In this document: one piece after another, positions 58,172 to 64,000 of the stretch
Position numbering within the stretch: the stretch's first letter is position 1
Layout: the number at the start of each line of letters is the position of its first letter
NCBI GenBank assembly: GCA_963976285.1
Contig: CAXBJY010000005.1
Span: forward strand, 3,164 to 67,163
Direction of reading: 5' to 3'
DNA length: 64,000 bases
From: an uncultured Gammaproteobacteria bacterium
GTDB taxonomy: Bacteria; Pseudomonadota; Gammaproteobacteria; Ga0077536
Notes under the pieces: generated by a model
The model's input: only the letters and a program-made list of their open reading frames with translations
Database searches by the model: none
Told to the model about the DNA's origin: nothing
Position numbers and translations under genes: made by a program

Positions 58172-58571
58172 CCCTCGCACGATCAGCTTCGGCATGATGT
58201 AGCGCTGTCACCGCGGAGTGGAACGACGCGGGAGGACGCGTGGCGGCGTGATTGGACACACCGCGCCGCAGCCACCGGATTCTTCCCGCACCGGCTCACC
58301 ACCGTGTCCACGAACGGGGCGCGATGTCGGCACGCGTCGTGTGCACGCCGTTCAACGCGAGTAGATTTGCGCGCAACGTTCCTGGTGGCACGTATGCCGG
58401 CCACCGGCCGCAGTCGGGCCCGCGCAGACGTGCGGGAGAACGGATCGCCGGTACTGTCCGGCCTGCGCGGGGCAGTGCGTTCGAACGACGTGCGGCCGGT
58501 CGCCGCCCGGCGACGCGACGAGTCCGGTATCATGGCCGGTCCCCGAACCCAGCATCCCTGAGGAGACCTTG

Positions 58572-59366
58572 ATGGCGGATCTGCTAGTCGAGCAAAACAA
58601 CGGCATTGCCACGCTTACGTTCAATCGCCCGGAGGCGCGCAATGCGCTCAGCATCGATATGCGCACGAGCCTGCGCGATGTCCTTGCCGAGCTCGAACAC
58701 GACGACGAGACGCGCTGCATCGTCATGCGTGGAGCAGGCGATCACTTTATGGCCGGTGGCGACGTGAAACGCATGAGTGAGTACATCGAACGCCCGCCGG
58801 CCGAGATCCGGGCGTCCGTCACGCAGCGGATCCATGATCTGCATCCGATCATGTTCACGATGCGGCGCATGCCGAAACCGATCGTTGCCTGCGTTGCCGG
58901 CGCCGCCGCCGGCGCGGGGGTCAGCATGGCGCTGGCCTGCGACCTCGTCATTGCAGCGGACTCCGCATTCTTTACGCTCGCCTATGTGCATATCGGCACG
59001 AGCCCGGATGGTTCCGCATCGTTCAACCTGCCGCGCGCGGTCGGCATCAAGAAAGCGATGGAGATCGCGCTGCTCGGCGATCGGTTCGACGCGCAGACCG
59101 CAAAAGAGATCGGCATGATCAATTTCGTCGTGCCGGAAGCGGATCTCGCGGCGGAAACGGACAAGCTCGCCACCCGGCTCGCGAACGGGCCGACCCGGGT
59201 GTACGGAAATACGAAACGGCTGCTCTACCGCTCGCTCGAGAACGCATGGGAGTCGCAGTTGCAACTCGAGGCGGAAACGTTCGCCGATTGCGCCGCGCGG
59301 GCGGATTTCCGCGAAGGCGTGACGGCGTTCGCGGAGAAGCGCAAGGCGAAATTCACCGGCAACTGA
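58572..59366 (+). CDS. enoyl-CoA hydratase/isomerase family protein
   Basis: Crotonase motifs (MRGAGDHFMAGGD, ACVAGAAAGAGVSMALACDLVIAA). Confidence 0.8.
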   Translation: MADLLVEQNNGIATLTFNRPEARNALSIDMRTSLRDVLAELEHDDETRCIVMRGAGDHFMAGGDVKRMSEYIERPPAEIRASVTQRIHDLHPIMFTMRRMPKPIVACVAGAAAGAGVSMALACDLVIAADSAFFTLAYVHIGTSPDGSASFNLPRAVGIKKAMEIALLGDRFDAQTAKEIGMINFVVPEADLAAETDKLATRLANGPTRVYGNTKRLLYRSLENAWESQLQLEAETFADCAARADFREGVTAFAEKRKAKFTGN

Positions 59367-59389
59367 GGTGCCGGTCGCGGTCGGGACCG

Positions 59390-59611
59390 TTATGGCCGCA
59401 TGAACGGGTATTCCGTGTCGGGATTCAGGTTGTCGATGGTGTAGCGAAGTTCCTCGGCGATATCCTCGACCGAGCGGCTGTTGCGCCAGATCCCGATCGC
59501 CGCGCTGACGAGCAGGCGGCCGAGCAGATCGTCCGGGGTGCCGTGCGCCGCCGCCTCGGCGAGCAGTTTTTCGACGTGAGCGTTAACGAGTTTTCGATCG
59601 GCGGCGGCCAT
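59390..59611 (-). CDS. small hypothetical protein
   Basis: Balanced composition in the conserved-looking DIAEELRYTIDNLNP. The ORF extends to 59632. Confidence 0.35.
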   Translation of the reverse strand: MAAADRKLVNAHVEKLLAEAAAHGTPDDLLGRLLVSAAIGIWRNSRSVEDIAEELRYTIDNLNPDTEYPFMRP

Positions 59612-59926
59612 GGCGGATCCTCTGGCTGGCATACAGCCCGTGTTGTATCGAGGCGCAGAGCATAAGCGCTGCCTCGCGCGCAGGTTTGATCGCGATCAAG
59701 TGCCGTTTTGCGCGCCCCGGGCCGTGCGCCCGTGACCCGGAGGCGGTGACCGGGTAGGGGCGATCCCGCGATGGCGACGCGCTACCGGGCGAGGCGTTCG
59801 CGTACCCGGCAGCAACTGCAACGCCGGGCCGCGCGCGCGAACACGATCGACCGTGCGCTGCCGGTGCGGGTGCAGGCGTTCGGTGTAGAATTTGACCGCA
59901 CCGGTTCGCGATTGCACTATCAGACT

Positions 59927-60535
59927 ATGACGCTATTACTGATCCGCCACGGCGAGACCGACATGAACACGAATCGGGTCGTGCAGTTTCCCGACACACC
60001 GCTCGGCGAGCATGGCCTGCGGCAGGCCGAACGGCTCGGTGAAAGTCTGCGCAAGCGCTCGATAGCCCGCGTACTGACCAGCGATTATGCGCGCGCACGC
60101 GTGACCGCCGAGCATGTCGCGCGTCATACGGGCGCGGAACTCGTTGTCCTGCCCCGTTTGCGTGAGCGGAATTTCGGCGATATTCGCGGCACTTCCTACG
60201 CCGATCTCGGCGAACTCGATATTTTCGCCCCGCAATTTATCCCGCCCGGCGGCGAATCCTGGGCCGTATTCGACCGCCGGGTCGACGCCGCGTGGGCCGA
60301 GGTGCTCGAGCACGCGGCGGCGATCCCCGGGGAGATCGCGATCGTTACGCACGGCCTCGTATTGCGCTCGCTGTTTTCACGCACGCTCGATGTGAGCGCG
60401 CACGCGCTCGAAACCGACATCGTGGTCGCGAACACCGCAGTGACACTGGTCGATCGCGAGCCGCCGTGGCGCGTGCGCGAGCTTGCCAGTGTTGCCCATC
60501 TCGATGACGTCAAGCGCGATGTCGCGCCGGTCTAG
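59927..60535 (+). CDS. histidine phosphatase (phosphoglycerate mutase-like) family protein
   Basis: N-terminal LLLIRHGETDMN RHG catalytic motif and the downstream His in AIVTHG. Confidence 0.7.
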   Translation: MTLLLIRHGETDMNTNRVVQFPDTPLGEHGLRQAERLGESLRKRSIARVLTSDYARARVTAEHVARHTGAELVVLPRLRERNFGDIRGTSYADLGELDIFAPQFIPPGGESWAVFDRRVDAAWAEVLEHAAAIPGEIAIVTHGLVLRSLFSRTLDVSAHALETDIVVANTAVTLVDREPPWRVRELASVAHLDDVKRDVAPV

Positions 60536-60699
60536 CAGTCTGTCGGACTTAGGCAATCGTAGCGAGCATGGTGGGAGAGCGAGTGCAAGTTCGTCCGATT
60601 TTGAGGAGCATAGTGGTTCTATGTGACGAAAAATCGGACGGATTTGCGCCGCTCTCCCATCAGCGCAGTAGATTGTCCCTAAGTCCGACAGACTGCTAG
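60532..60699. repeat. 168-bp nested inverted-repeat element (MITE/REP-like or structured RNA)
   Basis: Perfect 22-bp terminal inverted repeats ctagcagtctgtcggacttagg / cctaagtccgacagactgctag. Inner complementary pairs gatgggagagcg/cgctctcccatc (1 mismatch), cgtccgatttt/aaaatcggacg, and a central catag..ctatg. Confidence 0.5.
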
Positions 60700-60710
60700 G
60701 ATTACCGCTC

Positions 60711-61649
60711 ATGATTGATACTGCATTTACGCGTCTTGTCGGTTGCCGCTACCCCGTGCAGTCCGTGCCGATCCCGGGTATCGCGACCGTCGAGTTCGTG
60801 GCCGCGATATGTAACGCCGGGGGACTCGGTATGCTGCCGGGATCGATGGCGCCGGCGGATGCCGTGCGCGGCATGTTGGCGAAACTCCGCGAACTGACGG
60901 ACGCACCGCACGGGGTCAATTTCCTCATCCCGTTTCTCGAGCCCGGCTATGCCGCCGTCAGCGCGGCCGCCGAGCACGCGCGCGTGATCGAATTCTTTTA
61001 CGGTGAACCGGATCCGGAACTCGTCGCGCTCGCACACGCCGGTGGGGCGTTGTGCAGCTGGCAGGTCGGATCCGTCGACGAGGCCCGTGCCGCGGTCGGG
61101 GCCGGGTGTGATTTCATTATTCAGCAGGGCGTCGAAGCCGGCGGACACGTTCGCGGTACGACGGATCTGTACGACGTGCTCGGTGCCACGCTCGATGCCG
61201 TGTCGGTACCCGTACTCGCCGCGGGCGGCATTGCCACGGGTGCCGACTACGCCGCGGCGATAGCCGCCGGCGCCGCCGGTGTGCGCGTCGGAACCCGCTT
61301 CGTGTGCTCGCGCGAATCGCGCGCGCACAAGGACTACAAGCAGGCGCTCGTCGCCGCCGGCGCCGACGATTCGACGTATACCGAGGCGTTTTCCGTCATG
61401 TGGCCGCACGCGCCACACCGGGTGCTGCAGAGCGCGATCGACGCGGCGAACAACTGCGAGGATGAAATCGTCGGTGAGTGGACGCTCGGCGGCGAGCGGC
61501 TTGCGATCCCGCGTAACGCCGTGATTGCACCGACCGCCGATACGACCGGCCGGATCGAGGCAATGGCGCTGTATGCCGGTCGTTCTGTCGGCCGGGTTAC
61601 GTCCGTCGACAGTATCGAGCAAATCATGGCCGACCTCGTCGGCGCCTGA
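60711..61649 (+). CDS. nitronate monooxygenase (NMO/2-nitropropane dioxygenase family, FMN-dependent)
   Basis: N-terminal RYPVQSVPIPGIATVEFVAAICNAGGLGML and the GGHV glycine-rich FMN site. Confidence 0.8.
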   Translation: MIDTAFTRLVGCRYPVQSVPIPGIATVEFVAAICNAGGLGMLPGSMAPADAVRGMLAKLRELTDAPHGVNFLIPFLEPGYAAVSAAAEHARVIEFFYGEPDPELVALAHAGGALCSWQVGSVDEARAAVGAGCDFIIQQGVEAGGHVRGTTDLYDVLGATLDAVSVPVLAAGGIATGADYAAAIAAGAAGVRVGTRFVCSRESRAHKDYKQALVAAGADDSTYTEAFSVMWPHAPHRVLQSAIDAANNCEDEIVGEWTLGGERLAIPRNAVIAPTADTTGRIEAMALYAGRSVGRVTSVDSIEQIMADLVGA

Positions 61650-61670
61650 AACGTCGCGCGACCGGGTCCG

Positions 61671-62213
61671 TCAGCCCCAGTACCAGTCTTCGAACAACAG
61701 CGTGCGCACGCGTTTCGCGGCGCTGCGCCGGGTGGCGGGAAACCACGCGAGTTCGCGCCCGGCACCATCGCGTGCCTGTGCCGAACGTGTGCGGATCCCG
61801 CGCAGGTTCGCGTTGCGGGCGCGTACGCCAACGGGCTGGCAAACCTCGTGCGGTACCGGTTTGCCGTTCAAATCGAACGGATAGTTGTCATGCAGTCCGG
61901 CCTTCGCGACGCCGAGGCGAGAGTGCACATCGGCGACCCGTTGCGCGCGCGGCAGCGTGACCGCGACGAGCACCGGGCCGGAATCCGACCGCAGGTCTTC
62001 GGGTTCGTACGGCCACTGGTGGATAAACGCACGCAGGTTCAGGCGCGCGGTGACGTGATCCTCGTTCAGGTACAGGGTCGGGAAACTTCCGGGCGGGTTC
62101 CAGCGTCCGCCACGCGCTTGCGCGAACGAGGGATCGAGCGGGTCCCGCCAGGCGGGATCGGCGATCCGCCACCACGTGTGGCCGTCCGGCAGGTTTTCCG
62201 ACTGCAGGCCCAC
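61671..62213 (-). CDS. RES-domain toxin
   Basis: GGRWNPPGSFPTLYLNED matches the N-terminal RES-domain region, with a downstream Ser. Confidence 0.7.
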   Translation of the reverse strand: MGLQSENLPDGHTWWRIADPAWRDPLDPSFAQARGGRWNPPGSFPTLYLNEDHVTARLNLRAFIHQWPYEPEDLRSDSGPVLVAVTLPRAQRVADVHSRLGVAKAGLHDNYPFDLNGKPVPHEVCQPVGVRARNANLRGIRTRSAQARDGAGRELAWFPATRRSAAKRVRTLLFEDWYWG

Positions 62214-62224
62214 CGCGTTATCGC

Positions 62225-62674
62225 TCAGGCCGGTACCGCCGCGAAATCGAACATCGCACGCACCGTGGCCAGCAACTCGCGGCTGTCACCGCTCGCGACG
62301 AAATCGAGCAGCGACACACCGCCACGCGCCGCGATGGGACGCCGGACAACCGCCGGGATGCGGTCGCGCTTGACGTAGTGCACGAGGATATCCGTGGCGG
62401 CCGCGAGATCGCCGAGCATCTCCTGGCGATCCGCCGGCGCGCCCCGGTCGAGCCATTTCGCGATGGCCTGACGACTGATGCCGAGCAGGCGCGAGGCTTC
62501 CGACTGACTCAGGCCCCACACCGAGAGCGTGCGCGCGAGCGACTGTCCCGAGCGCTGACGGTCAAAGTGCTCGGCGAACGTGTCGAGCCACGCTTTCTCC
62601 CCGGCATGCGCACGGAAGATGCGCTCGGCGGCTTCGCGCGGATCGGGGCGTGAGGTTTTCGTATCCGTAGTCAT
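62225..62674 (-). CDS. Xre-like (DUF2384/ParS-type) antitoxin
   Basis: About 150 aa. HTH (LSQSEASRLLGISRQAIAKWL) and a C-terminal antitoxin-like region. Ends 12 nt before the RES gene. Confidence 0.6.
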   Translation of the reverse strand: MTTDTKTSRPDPREAAERIFRAHAGEKAWLDTFAEHFDRQRSGQSLARTLSVWGLSQSEASRLLGISRQAIAKWLDRGAPADRQEMLGDLAAATDILVHYVKRDRIPAVVRRPIAARGGVSLLDFVASGDSRELLATVRAMFDFAAVPA

Positions 62675-62750
62675 AGGGCGGTTCTCCGACCTGCAACCGT
62701 ATGTCAACCGCCACCATTTGTCAACCTCGTTCCCCGCGCGCCGGATCGGT

Positions 62751-64000
62751 TCATTCGCGGGCGATAACCGGCAATACGAGATGGGACGGGTGCGTGGCGT
62801 CGTGCAACACGGTATTCGCCGCGACGACGAAATCCGCGGCCGATTCCGCGGCAATCACACCGCCCGTATTCGTATTGCGGTCGAAGCGCGGGAAATTGCT
62901 GCTCGACACTTCGAGTCGCAGGCGATGCCCGGCCCGGAACACGGTCGCCGTCGCGACGAGATCGATCTCGATACGCTGCACCTCACCGGGCGACATGAGT
63001 TGCGCCGTGGAAAAACCTTCCCGATACCGGAGGCGCAGGATGCCGTCGGTCACGAGCAACGCGCGTCCGTCGGGATAAACATCGACGAGTTTGCCGGTGA
63101 AGTCGGTGTCCGGCGCGGATGAACGGACATACAGCACGAGGTTCAGTGGTCCGGTCACTTCGAGATCATGCTCGAAAATCTCGCTCGTGTAGCACAGCAC
63201 GTCCGCGCGCGTTTCGATCGCACGTTGATCGCGCGGCCCGGCGTTTGCCGCGATAAACAGGCCCGGCAGGAAACTCGCGCCGCCGACGGTTGGCACCGGG
63301 TCGTGCGGATCGTAGGTGAACGTGTCCGGCGGTTCGTCGTCCGGTGGCGCGAACGACAGCGTGGCAGCGTTTGCGGCCGCGCCACCGTCGCTGTGCAGGT
63401 AGAGTTTGCGCCAGTCCGTATCGGGCAGCGGCCAGTCGTCCTCTTCGCGCCAGACGTCCGGGCCCATGATGAACAGCTTCACGGGTTTGTCCGACCCGAG
63501 CCCGTTGTCGGCGCCCTTGAGCCAGTGATCGAACCAGCGGATTTGTTCGGCCGTGACATCGGCGACGGCATCGTGCGCGAACATGCCGAAATTGCGCTCC
63601 GGATAGACGCCACCGTTATAACCGTGCACCCAGGGTCCGATGATCAGTTTCTGCGGCACCCGACCCTTCATCGCGCCGTAGTTCGCGAGCGTGCCGCCGA
63701 GGAACAGGTCGAACCAGCCGCCGAAATTCAGCGCCGGCGCCGTGATCGTATCGCGATGTTCGGCCGGCGCTGCGCGGCGCCAGTAATCGTCGTAGTCGGG
63801 GTGCGCGATCCAGTCGCGGACATACGGTGCGAGATCGGCGAGTTCCGGCAACTCGCGGAGCGGCGTATGCCAGTAACGCTCGTCGACGTGATCGGCGATC
63901 GCGATCGCGGCACCGAGGGCCGCGGGTTCCGCTTCGCCGCGGCCGAGACGCCGCGCGACTTCGCCCACGGCGAACGTCGCGCTCGCCCACTGCAGGATGA
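62751..64000 (-). CDS. CocE/NonD family alpha/beta hydrolase, partial
   Basis: C-terminal jelly-roll domain (LHSDGG...FTYDPHDPVPTVGG) and part of the hydrolase domain. The N-terminus continues beyond the window end. Confidence 0.65.
   Translation of the reverse strand, partial: ILQWASATFAVGEVARRLGRGEAEPAALGAAIAIADHVDERYWHTPLRELPELADLAPYVRDWIAHPDYDDYWRRAAPAEHRDTITAPALNFGGWFDLFLGGTLANYGAMKGRVPQKLIIGPWVHGYNGGVYPERNFGMFAHDAVADVTAEQIRWFDHWLKGADNGLGSDKPVKLFIMGPDVWREEDDWPLPDTDWRKLYLHSDGGAAANAATLSFAPPDDEPPDTFTYDPHDPVPTVGGASFLPGLFIAANAGPRDQRAIETRADVLCYTSEIFEHDLEVTGPLNLVLYVRSSAPDTDFTGKLVDVYPDGRALLVTDGILRLRYREGFSTAQLMSPGEVQRIEIDLVATATVFRAGHRLRLEVSSSNFPRFDRNTNTGGVIAAESAADFVVAANTVLHDATHPSHLVLPVIARE

Noticed and set aside
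1-64000. Searched for CRISPR arrays, tRNA/rRNA genes, integrases/transposases and squalene-hopene cyclase
   Set aside because: No regularly spaced direct repeats, no tRNA-like cloverleaf candidates found by eye, no recombinase-like ORFs, and no shc-like (about 650-aa QW-repeat) protein in any frame.

Overview
High-GC (about 65%) proteobacterial chromosomal window of roughly 60 coding genes, with no rRNA, tRNA or CRISPR recognised. Bases 1-2.1 kb carry the end of a glycolate oxidase operon (glcE tail, glcF) and a VacJ/MlaA lipoprotein gene. The most striking region is 2.2-20.1 kb, a hopanoid side-chain tailoring locus: hpnM, a GT2 hpnI/hpnB-like gene, radical-SAM hpnH, a UPF0104 hpnL-like gene, hpnA, hpnN, hpnG, an Sqs-type squalene synthase, and dxs. 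Inserted directly into this locus is a complete 2-aminoethylphosphonate (AEP) biosynthesis and activation cassette: PEP mutase fused to a nucleotidyltransferase, phosphonopyruvate decarboxylase, AEP-pyruvate transaminase, a second nucleotidyltransferase, and a PhyH-like dioxygenase. A CDP-alcohol phosphatidyltransferase is translationally coupled between hpnN and hpnA. This arrangement suggests a phosphonate-decorated hopanoid or phosphonolipid head-group pathway that I do not recognise as described. Bases 20.2-24.2 kb hold a tyrosine phosphatase gene followed by an operon of a PEP-utilising 'swivel' His-domain protein and two unknown proteins. Bases 24-39 kb are ordinary oxidative and beta-oxidation-like metabolism: SDRs, D-aminoacylase, MFS transporters, thiolase, ADH, enoyl-CoA hydratase, LLM oxidoreductase, Hsp20, sulfotransferase and a TSUP exporter. 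Bases 39.5-47.1 kb and 54.7-59.4 kb look like a terpenoid-type catabolic island. It has two P450s, two linalool dehydratase/isomerase (Ldi) family paralogues (one fused to a polytopic membrane domain, preceded by a coupled micro-ORF), two LLM oxidoreductases, TetR, AraC and a MarR-RND efflux operon. The far end has a long nested inverted-repeat element, nitronate monooxygenase, a RES-Xre toxin-antitoxin pair and a partial CocE/NonD hydrolase. All calls are from reading the translations and motifs by eye; no database searches were run.
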